DNA of 64,000 nucleotides from Clostridia bacterium (GTDB lineage Bacteria > Bacillota > Clostridia > TANB77 > CAG-508). The stretch is from assembly GCA_017934475.1 (NCBI GenBank), contig JAGBJN010000004.1:1783-65782 (forward strand), given 5' to 3'. Shown in pieces: positions 31,870 to 39,943 of the stretch. A program made the position numbers and the translations under genes. The notes under the pieces were generated by a model. That model ran no database searches. It saw nothing but the letters and a program-made list of their open reading frames with translations, and had not been told where the DNA came from. The stretch's first letter is position 1; every line of letters starts with the position of its first letter.

Positions 31870-34800
31870 TTATTCTATACAAGTTACTACATAACATGTA
31901 CTTGCTCCTGTATACGCATTATCTTCTGGCGTTATAAGTGTAATATGAGAAGTTCCAGGTTCTCTTCCATATAAAGTTATTATACCATTATCTATATGAG
32001 CTTCTACCACATATGCATTATCATTGTGTAGTTCTACTTTATTTCCTGTCTTTTCTACTATATAAAATCTAATTTCCTGTCCAACTCTAATTGTTCCCTC
32101 ATATTCACTTAATCTTATATATCCTTCTCCTTTATTTACTCTTATTTGATATACAGCACTTCCTGAAGTATAATCATCCGTTTCTTCACTACTTACATGA
32201 ATATAAGCCACACCTTGTCCTACTGGAGTTACAGTTATTGTCGAACCACTTACACTTGCTGTTGCAACACCTGTATCAGATGTTTGAACTGTAATTTTAC
32301 CTCCTGTTGGATTTGTTACTTTAAATGTTTTTACATTTGGACATGTAGTTACTCCATAATTTTCTGATAATTCCATTGTATAATCCTCTTGATTCGATAT
32401 ACAAGTAACTGAATAAGTAGCAGATGCCTCTGTATAATAATCATCTTCTTGTGCAGTAACTGTTATTGTTGATGTTCCTGTTTTCATTCCAATAATGGAT
32501 ATTTGGTTATTAAAAATATCAGTGTCTACAACTGCCGAATTCGAATTTTTAATTTTTACACTTGTACCATGCATATTTGTAATATTAAAATAAATCATTT
32601 TCCCAACATTAACTATTCCATTTGTATCACTCAATGTTATAAATCCTGTTCCTTTATCTACTCTTATCGTGTAAGTAGCATTTCCGGCTTTATAATACTC
32701 TGTTTCTGCACTTGATATAGTAATCGTAGTTGTTCCTATTCCTTTTGGTGTTATAGTTATTGTTGACCCACTTACACTAGTTGTTGCTATTTTACTGTTC
32801 GAAGTAACAGCCATAACTCTTCCTCCAGTTGGATTTGTTACCGTAATTGTTTTTGTATTTGGATATTTTATTGTTCCACTTGTTTCTGATAATCTCATTG
32901 TATAATCTTGTTGATTTGATGAATTAGTTATGCATGTAACATTATAAACAGCTGTCGCTTCTGTAAAAGCATTATTTTCAAGTTCTCTTACCGTGATTTT
33001 AGTAGTTCCTACTCCTACTCCTGTTACTGTTACAACATTATTTTCTATTTTCGCTGTTACAACTTTTGTATCAGCAACATCAATTTCTGTTCTATTTCCA
33101 TGTTTACTTGAAATATTAAATGTAATTTTTTTATCTTTTACAACAGTTCCCTCATTTGCACTTAAAGTAATATATCCTACTCCTTTATTTACTGTAATTG
33201 TATATTCTGCAAAACCAGCTTTATATTTGTCTGTCTCTTCACTTGTTACTACTATTGTAGTTGTTCCTTTTCCTACTGGCGTTATCAAAATATTAGATTC
33301 ATTAACACTTGCTGTTGCTATATTCCCATCATAGGATAATGCTGAAATTTTGCCACCAGTTGGATTTGTTACTATAATTGTTTTTGTATTTGGGCATGTT
33401 GTTGTTCCACTTATTTCTGATAATTGCATTGTATAATCTTGTTTGTTTGTTACTGATCCTTCATTTACTGTAATTATATATGTTGCAGTACCCGATTTAT
33501 AATTTGCTGTTGCATCACTTAATACTGTAATTATTGCTGATCCTACGTTTTGTGGTATTACAGTTATTGTTGTACCACTTACCCTTGCTGTCGCTATATT
33601 ACTATTTGATGTTGCTACAGTTATTGTTCCTCCTGTTGGATTCATAATAGTAAATGTTTTTGTATTTGGAATTGATGTTACACCACGTGTTTCTGATAAC
33701 CTCATTGTATAATCTTGTTGATTATTTTGTTGATTTTGACTTGCATTATTAACTTTTATTGTGTAAGTCGCATTTCCAGCTTTATAATTTGTTGTTGCTG
33801 CACTTGACACATTAATTGTCGTTGTTCCTACTCCTTTTGGAATAATCGTTATTGTTGAATCACTAACAACTGTTGTAGCAACATTATTATTTGATGAAAC
33901 TGCCGATATTTTGCCACCAGTTGGATTTGTTACTCTAAAAGTTTTTAAATATGGATAAGTTGTTTCTCCACTTGTTTCTGACAGTTGCATTGTATAGTTT
34001 TGTTGATTTGAAGAATTTTCTATACATGTAACATTATAAACTGCAGTTGCCTCTGTATATGAATCATTTTCAGGTGCTGTAAGTGTAATTTTGGTATTTC
34101 CTGCATTTATTCCAGTTACAGTTACAAGACCATTTGATATTTTTGCATCTGCAACAAGAGCATTATCTATATGTAATTGTGTTTTATTTCCATGCTTACT
34201 TGTAACATTAAATGAAATTGTTTCATCTTTTACAACTACACCTTCCGTAGCACTTAAAGTTATATATCCTATTCCTTTATTTACCATTATAGTATATGTA
34301 GCACTTCCAGCTTTATATTTAGCTGTTTCCTCACTTGTAACTTTTATCGTTGTCGTTCCAGGTGCAATTGGAGTAATAGTTATTGTTGAACCACTTACAC
34401 TTGCTGTTGCTATATTTCCATTTGACGTAATAGCTGAAATCTTACCACCTGTTGGATTTGTTACTGTAAATATTTTTTCATTTGGGCATGTTGTTTCTCC
34501 ACTTGTTTCTGATAAACTCATTGTATAATCTTGTTTTTCTATATTTGGGAAAGTACCATTTAAAATATATCTTATTAAATAAGTAATATCTATTGGATTT
34601 ATAACATCATCATCATAAAAATCAGCAGATTTTAATAAGTAACCATCTGTAATTACGTAATTACTCAATCCTATATAATGTCTAATTAATGCAGATAAAT
34701 CAATAATATTTGTTTCACCGTCTTCACTAATATCTCCTATTACAGAAGCCTTATAAATTCTATCTGCATTCATACTATATCTTCCATCTCCTACATCATT

Positions 34801-35109
34801 AATCGAATGAAGGTTTTTTACAGCAAGCATTCCAGATTTTACAATGCCACTAGATACTTCCTCGTATCCACTTTCTCCAAACTTATATAATTTAATTACA
34901 TCTGTATCAGAAGTTTTTAATTTAGTAGTAATATTCGTAAGAAACTCTGACGCATTAGTTTTTGGTTCTATTCTATAAACAATTTTCGGATTTTTATCAT
35001 CGTCAAATTTATAATTAGAACTTGCAGCATAAATTTCTTTTGTTAATAAATTAGTACATATTATAACAATGGAAAAAAATAGTATAGTTATAAATATTTT
35101 TTTCTTCAT
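31870..35109 (-). CDS. Secreted dockerin-bearing protein with an array of ~10 Ig-like (Big_2-type) domains
   Basis: After a signal peptide comes an N-terminal ~90-aa module related to that of the 549-aa protein, then a dockerin. Six units begin Q(Q)DYTM.LSE.SG...; four of them are followed by a second Ig-like unit (KG.GYITLS...VYNVTCI). Confidence 0.75.
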   Translation of the reverse strand: MKKKIFITILFFSIVIICTNLLTKEIYAASSNYKFDDDKNPKIVYRIEPKTNASEFLTNITTKLKTSDTDVIKLYKFGESGYEEVSSGIVKSGMLAVKNLHSINDVGDGRYSMNADRIYKASVIGDISEDGETNIIDLSALIRHYIGLSNYVITDGYLLKSADFYDDDVINPIDITYLIRYILNGTFPNIEKQDYTMSLSETSGETTCPNEKIFTVTNPTGGKISAITSNGNIATASVSGSTITITPIAPGTTTIKVTSEETAKYKAGSATYTIMVNKGIGYITLSATEGVVVKDETISFNVTSKHGNKTQLHIDNALVADAKISNGLVTVTGINAGNTKITLTAPENDSYTEATAVYNVTCIENSSNQQNYTMQLSETSGETTYPYLKTFRVTNPTGGKISAVSSNNNVATTVVSDSTITIIPKGVGTTTINVSSAATTNYKAGNATYTIKVNNASQNQQNNQQDYTMRLSETRGVTSIPNTKTFTIMNPTGGTITVATSNSNIATARVSGTTITVIPQNVGSAIITVLSDATANYKSGTATYIITVNEGSVTNKQDYTMQLSEISGTTTCPNTKTIIVTNPTGGKISALSYDGNIATASVNESNILITPVGKGTTTIVVTSEETDKYKAGFAEYTITVNKGVGYITLSANEGTVVKDKKITFNISSKHGNRTEIDVADTKVVTAKIENNVVTVTGVGVGTTKITVRELENNAFTEATAVYNVTCITNSSNQQDYTMRLSETSGTIKYPNTKTITVTNPTGGRVMAVTSNSKIATTSVSGSTITITPKGIGTTTITISSAETEYYKAGNATYTIRVDKGTGFITLSDTNGIVNVGKMIYFNITNMHGTSVKIKNSNSAVVDTDIFNNQISIIGMKTGTSTITVTAQEDDYYTEASATYSVTCISNQEDYTMELSENYGVTTCPNVKTFKVTNPTGGKITVQTSDTGVATASVSGSTITVTPVGQGVAYIHVSSEETDDYTSGSAVYQIRVNKGEGYIRLSEYEGTIRVGQEIRFYIVEKTGNKVELHNDNAYVVEAHIDNGIITLYGREPGTSHITLITPEDNAYTGASTCYVVTCIE
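34561..34743 (-). other. Dockerin module
   Basis: The sequence is GDISEDGETNIIDLSALIRHYIG ... ADFYDDDVINPIDITYLIRYIL. The second loop is partly degenerate. Confidence 0.7.
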
Positions 35110-35124
35110 AATTATCTCCTTAAA

Positions 35125-35727
35125 TTATTTACTCTTTTTTCTTAATATTGAAAATCCTCCTAATATTATTGCTATAATTGCAATAATAACTACTACAATA
35201 ACTACTGGATTACTTTCTTTATATTGTACTTCAAGTGGTACAGATATTTTTTTGTCTTGATCAAATACAAGACTTGTACCATTATTAGTTGCAATATCTT
35301 TTATAACAATATCTGTAGCATTAGCAGCTTTTTTCACACTATCTCTTACTTTTAAAGTAATTGTTCCTATTTCTTGTTCTTCTTTAATACCATTGCTTAA
35401 AATCATTCCAACAAACTTTCCTTTTTTCCCAGTTGTTGTATCATTGAAAGTAAAAGTCCAGCCATTTTTCCCACTAAAACTTGATGTTGAAACTGTATCA
35501 AATAAATCTTCATCATATTCCAACACACCTTCAATTGTGTTCATTCCATCATTACCTACACTTATGTTTGAAATATTAAGATCAATCTTTATTTCATCAT
35601 TTTCCTTATAAACCTTTGATTCTGTTCCCTCAACAATTTTAGTTTCTAGACTAAATGAGTCTGCAAATACTACTGTTGGTAGCATTAAAACTATAATTAA
35701 CATTAAAAACAATAATTTTTTCTTCAT
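35125..35727 (-). CDS. Membrane-anchored single-cohesin protein
   Basis: It has a signal peptide ending VVFA and a cohesin-like domain at ~35233..35661. The C-terminal TM segment is PVVIVVVIIAIIAIILGGFSIL plus RKKSK, with no PQTG motif. It lies 15 nt upstream of the 1079-aa gene, so the two are probably co-transcribed. Confidence 0.7.
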   Translation of the reverse strand: MKKKLLFLMLIIVLMLPTVVFADSFSLETKIVEGTESKVYKENDEIKIDLNISNISVGNDGMNTIEGVLEYDEDLFDTVSTSSFSGKNGWTFTFNDTTTGKKGKFVGMILSNGIKEEQEIGTITLKVRDSVKKAANATDIVIKDIATNNGTSLVFDQDKKISVPLEVQYKESNPVVIVVVIIAIIAIILGGFSILRKKSK

Positions 35728-35761
35728 AATAAATTCTCCTTTTTTTGATAAATTTGAATAT

Positions 35762-35789
35762 ATTATAACATATTATTTCCGTAATGCAA
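35762..35789 (-). promoter_or_regulatory. Sigma-A-type promoter for the cohesin/dockerin gene pair
   Basis: It reads TTGCAT-16 nt-TATAAT with a TGn extension (TGTTATAAT). Confidence 0.55.
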
Positions 35790-35816
35790 ATGGAAAATTT
35801 TAATAAAAAAAAGCAC

Positions 35817-35847
35817 AAAAAAAAATTGCAAATAAATTTGCAATTTT
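35817..35847 (-). terminator. Terminator downstream of the DUF4870-like gene
   Basis: The stem AAAATTGCAAA / TTTGCAATTTT is followed on the minus strand by a long T-run. Confidence 0.7.
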
Positions 35848-35874
35848 TTAATTTAATATTAATTTTTATTCTAA

Positions 35875-36264
35875 TTAAGCTAATTTGCTTTTGAATATTT
35901 TTTGTGTTAATCCTGTTATAACTGGAATATTGTGATCTTTTTCTTGATATGCTTTTACCATTCCCATTATAGCAAATATCATGTAAGTTACATATGCAGC
36001 GAAATTTACTAATCCTAATAGGAAACTGAATATTCCAACTATAATACTTATTACATCATTTCCTGCTACTCCAGAAATTAATCCAAGTATAAAGCTTATA
36101 ATAGAAATTACTATATTAACTACTATAAGTGTTACACTTAAAACTATTGCTTGGCATGCATTTTTGTTAGTTTCTTTAGTATTGTCTTTGAATGCAACTA
36201 ATACTATTAATCCTCCTAGCCATCCAAATAAGTATGAAAGTAATCCTCTAACTTTTTGATCCAT
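35875..36264 (-). CDS. Small integral membrane protein, DUF4870-like
   Basis: It has the N-terminal LSYLFGWLGGLIVLVAFKD motif, 3-4 TM segments and RBS AGGAGG. Confidence 0.6.
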   Translation of the reverse strand: MDQKVRGLLSYLFGWLGGLIVLVAFKDNTKETNKNACQAIVLSVTLIVVNIVISIISFILGLISGVAGNDVISIIVGIFSFLLGLVNFAAYVTYMIFAIMGMVKAYQEKDHNIPVITGLTQKIFKSKLA

Positions 36265-36361
36265 TTTTTCTCCTCCTTTTATTTATATATATTATGCTAT
36301 ATATTTTGTTTCTTGTTATAATTTACCATATTTTTTTTTATTTGTCTAGTACCTTTTTTCT

Positions 36362-38404
36362 TTAATTTGAAATTTCTGCAAAATATTCATTTATTCTTAT
36401 AATTAATTCTGTTCTAACCTCATCCATTGTCATTCCCTCAACCTGTGCACCCGCAAGTGTTATATGACCACCGCCGCCTAATTTTTCAAGAATAATTTGA
36501 ACATTTATATCTCCAATAGATCTACCACTTATACAGATTTTATCTCCAAGTCTTCCAAGGACGAATGATGCAGTTATATCACTTATAGTAAGCAATTCAT
36601 CTGCTGCTTTTGCACAAACAACATTTGCATTTTCATCTTCCTTATCATATATTGAAATTGCAATTGTATCATTTGTTATTTCAGCATCTGAAACTATTTG
36701 TGATATTTTATTATATGTTTCTAAATCACTTTGGAACCATTTTTTTACTTTTATAATGTCAACGCCACATTTTCTCAAATAAGCTGCTGCTTCAAATGTT
36801 CTTACACCTGTTTTAAATGTAAAATTCTTTGTATCCATCATAATTCCAGCATATAAACTTTCTGTTTCAAGTTGTGTAAGTTCAACTTCATTTTCTGAAT
36901 ATTCTATAAGTTCTGTTACAAGTTCACATGCAGATGATGCATAAACTTCATGGAATGTAAGTATTGCATTCTCTATAAAATCCGTGCTTCTTCTATGATG
37001 ATCTATAATAACTATTTTGTTAGTTTTGTCTAATAATTCAGGTACATCCACATAGTTTGTTTTATGAGTATCTGTAATTACAAGTAAGGTTTCAGGTGTT
37101 ATAAGTTCTAATGCTCTGTCTTTACCAATAATTGTTTCACTATATTCTTCATCTTCTTTTGCAAGTTCAATAAATTTTTCAAGTCCAGCATTTGCAGATT
37201 CATTAACTACATATGCCTCTTTTCCATTTACTTTTGCAAGTCTGTATATTCCAAGTCCAGATCCCATTGCATCTATATCACTATTTGTATGTCCCATTAT
37301 TATAACTTTTTCAGCTTCTCTCATTAGTTCTTCTAATGCATGAGCAACAGTTCTAGCCTTAACCTTAGTTCTTTTTTCAACTTCCTGAGTTCTTCCACCA
37401 AAGAATGTATATTTTCCATCTTTTTTAACAATCGCTTGGTCTCCACCTCTACCTAAAGCAATATCAATCATTGCTTGTGCTGTTTTATATTTTTCATAGT
37501 TTGAGTCTCCCTCTGTTGCAACCGCAATTGAAAGTGTAGATTGTAATTGTCCTGGTATATCAATTTCTTTGATTTGATCTAATATTTTAAATTTTTCTTC
37601 TTCTAATACATCAATATATTGTTTCTCAGCAATTAATACAAATGTATCTCTATCACTTTTTATAATTAATCCTTTTATTTCTGAAGCCCAATCATAAATA
37701 GCTTTTTCAAGTTGTGCTATTACTGCTGGCTTATCTTCATCTGCAACTCTTTGTATGATTTCATCATAATTATCTACCATTGCAATACCAACACATAATT
37801 TTGATGATTCGTATTTATTTTCTATTTCAATATTTTCTGTTTCATCAATAAAATATAGTGTTGTCATATATTCCGCTTCTTTTTTCTTATCCTTTTTGTC
37901 TTTACTTTTTGATTTAACATATTCACCATAAATTTTATATTTCTTATCACCAATTTCTATGTGTTTGCATATTAGTTCTTCAAGTTCCTTTTTTACATCA
38001 TCGCTACCATTTTCAAGTTCTAATCTTATTTCTCTTACAATTTCATTTAAATATGTATTTATATCAACATTAGCAAATTCTTGTATAAATTTTGAACTTT
38101 TCCATATAATGTTTCCATCAGTTTCTACTATTACTAGTGGAAATGGTGAATTTATTAATGTACTTTTAGCAGCATTATCAACATTTAAAGTTAATTCTCT
38201 AATATGTTCAGAAAGTTCTGCTCTTCTTTTATTATTTGTCCAAAAAGTGTACATCAAAACTAAAGCATATATTATAATAGCAGGCATTATGAATCTTATT
38301 TCATACACACACAATGCTATTAATAATATTGCTATAATAACTAAATATATCTTCGTTTTAGATATTATTCTATCAAATTTATTTCCATTTAAATTGTTTG
38401 GCAT
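36362..38404 (-). CDS. gdpP: Cyclic-di-AMP phosphodiesterase GdpP (DHH/DHHA1 family)
   Basis: It has two N-terminal TM segments, a central PAS/degenerate-GGDEF-like region, DHH motifs (GHTNSDIDAMGS, IIDHHRR) and the DHHA1 GGGH motif. I prefer the start MPNNLNG at 38404 (RBS AAGGAAG); the track ORF starts at a GTG at 38431. Confidence 0.85.
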   Translation of the reverse strand: MPNNLNGNKFDRIISKTKIYLVIIAILLIALCVYEIRFIMPAIIIYALVLMYTFWTNNKRRAELSEHIRELTLNVDNAAKSTLINSPFPLVIVETDGNIIWKSSKFIQEFANVDINTYLNEIVREIRLELENGSDDVKKELEELICKHIEIGDKKYKIYGEYVKSKSKDKKDKKKEAEYMTTLYFIDETENIEIENKYESSKLCVGIAMVDNYDEIIQRVADEDKPAVIAQLEKAIYDWASEIKGLIIKSDRDTFVLIAEKQYIDVLEEEKFKILDQIKEIDIPGQLQSTLSIAVATEGDSNYEKYKTAQAMIDIALGRGGDQAIVKKDGKYTFFGGRTQEVEKRTKVKARTVAHALEELMREAEKVIIMGHTNSDIDAMGSGLGIYRLAKVNGKEAYVVNESANAGLEKFIELAKEDEEYSETIIGKDRALELITPETLLVITDTHKTNYVDVPELLDKTNKIVIIDHHRRSTDFIENAILTFHEVYASSACELVTELIEYSENEVELTQLETESLYAGIMMDTKNFTFKTGVRTFEAAAYLRKCGVDIIKVKKWFQSDLETYNKISQIVSDAEITNDTIAISIYDKEDENANVVCAKAADELLTISDITASFVLGRLGDKICISGRSIGDINVQIILEKLGGGGHITLAGAQVEGMTMDEVRTELIIRINEYFAEISN

Positions 38405-38534
38405 AAAATCTTCCTTTCTTTTTACAACCACCTTATATTTTACTATTTTTTAGCTATTTTGTCAAATTTCAGTACTCATTAGGGACCTTTTCAAAAAGTA
38501 AATCAATCCATTTTGAGTATAAAGATAACCTTTT

Positions 38535-39821
38535 TTAACTAATTCTATCAATTATCGCCTTACAATTCTTTGTAATTTCTTTCGTATTAATATTAATTTT
38601 TTTATTTTCCATTAATATTTTTCCATTTATTATTGTTGTTTCAACATTTGTTCCCTTTGCATTATATACTATATCTGAAACCACATCATTTATAGGCTGT
38701 AAAACTATATTTTCTAAATTAAGAATTATTATATCAGCCTTTTTTCCAATATCTATACTTCCAATTTCACTTTCTAAATCTAGTGCCTTTGCACCATTTA
38801 TAGTTGCCATTTTTAATACTTCATATGCAGGTATAAGCATTGCATCTTCATTTATTCCTTTTTGAAGTAATGCAGCAAATTTCATTTCTTCAAACATATC
38901 TAAACTACTTCCGCTTCCTTGTCCATCTGTTCCAAGAGCAACATTTATTCCATTATTCAACATTTTTGATATATTTGCAACTCCACAACCAAGTTTTAAA
39001 TTACTTACAGGGCAATGTACTATACTTACATTTCCCATTTTAGCAATTCTTTCAATCTCCTCATTTGATAATTTTACACAATGTGCTAATAAAACTTTAT
39101 TTGTATTAAATTCCTCTTCTAATACTTCAATAGGTAATTTTCCATATATATTTTTAATATCTTCTATTTCTTTTGAATTTTCGCAAAAATGCATATGTAT
39201 ATTTAGATTTTCTTTTTTTGCTATTTTCATACATTCTCTAATATAATCTGTATTTATTGTATAAAGACCATGAATTCCCATATTTAAAGTAATATTTTCA
39301 TATTTATTATTGTATTTTTCAATTATATCTTTTAATTCACTAATTCTTTTTTCTTGACCTTTTCCATCCTCATGTTCTGCTTGAGTTCTAGTCGTCTGAA
39401 GTCTAATTCCAGTATCTAATGCTGCTTTTATAATATCATCTGTCATAAAATACATATCATTCATTGTTGTACATCCTGTTTCTATCATTTCTAAAAATGA
39501 TAAACAAGATGCCCAATATATATCCTCTTCAACAAGTTGATCTTCCATTGGCCAAATTTTCTCATGTAACCACGCTTGTAAATCATATCCATCCACTGTT
39601 TCTCTAAAAATACTCATAGGAGCATGGCAATGTGCATTAATCAAACCAGGTAAGACTACTTTTCCTGTTGCATCAATAACTTTTTCTATATTTTCATTAC
39701 TTAAATTATTTCCAATTTTACTTATTATATTATCATCAATTAATATATCTATATTGTTTTCTATTTTTTCTCTTTCTTCACTCATTGAAACTAATGTAGC
39801 ATTCTTAATTAATATTTTCAT
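38535..39821 (-). CDS. Amidohydrolase, MtaD/SsnA-like (5-methylthioadenosine/S-adenosylhomocysteine deaminase family)
   Basis: It has the metal-binding motif LPGLINAHCHAPMS plus HMHFCE, HCV, GTDG and a C-terminal GSIDIGKKADIII. Confidence 0.75.
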   Translation of the reverse strand: MKILIKNATLVSMSEEREKIENNIDILIDDNIISKIGNNLSNENIEKVIDATGKVVLPGLINAHCHAPMSIFRETVDGYDLQAWLHEKIWPMEDQLVEEDIYWASCLSFLEMIETGCTTMNDMYFMTDDIIKAALDTGIRLQTTRTQAEHEDGKGQEKRISELKDIIEKYNNKYENITLNMGIHGLYTINTDYIRECMKIAKKENLNIHMHFCENSKEIEDIKNIYGKLPIEVLEEEFNTNKVLLAHCVKLSNEEIERIAKMGNVSIVHCPVSNLKLGCGVANISKMLNNGINVALGTDGQGSGSSLDMFEEMKFAALLQKGINEDAMLIPAYEVLKMATINGAKALDLESEIGSIDIGKKADIIILNLENIVLQPINDVVSDIVYNAKGTNVETTIINGKILMENKKININTKEITKNCKAIIDRIS

Positions 39822-39904
39822 AATAAATCTCCCCCAAGTTTATCTTATCATATCATATATAAAATAAAAAAGATAGATTTATTTAAAAAAACAGCATAAT
39901 TAAT

Positions 39905-39939
39905 AAATATAAAAGAGACGACTTAAATTGTCGTCTCTT
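39905..39939 (-). terminator. Terminator downstream of rpoC
   Basis: The stem AAGAGACGA / TCGTCTCTT is followed on the minus strand by TTTATATTT. Confidence 0.7.
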
Positions 39940-39943
39940 AATT

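Noticed and set aside
26958-36361. I looked for mobile-element hallmarks (integrase, transposase, inverted or direct terminal repeats, a tRNA target) around the three accessory blocks.
   Set aside because: None was recognised by eye. Composition matches the host, so I do not call any of the blocks a mobile element.
37959-38453. A 164-aa plus-strand ORF overlaps the 5' part of gdpP.
   Set aside because: It is a shadow ORF antisense to gdpP, with no RBS and a hydrophobic, low-complexity translation.
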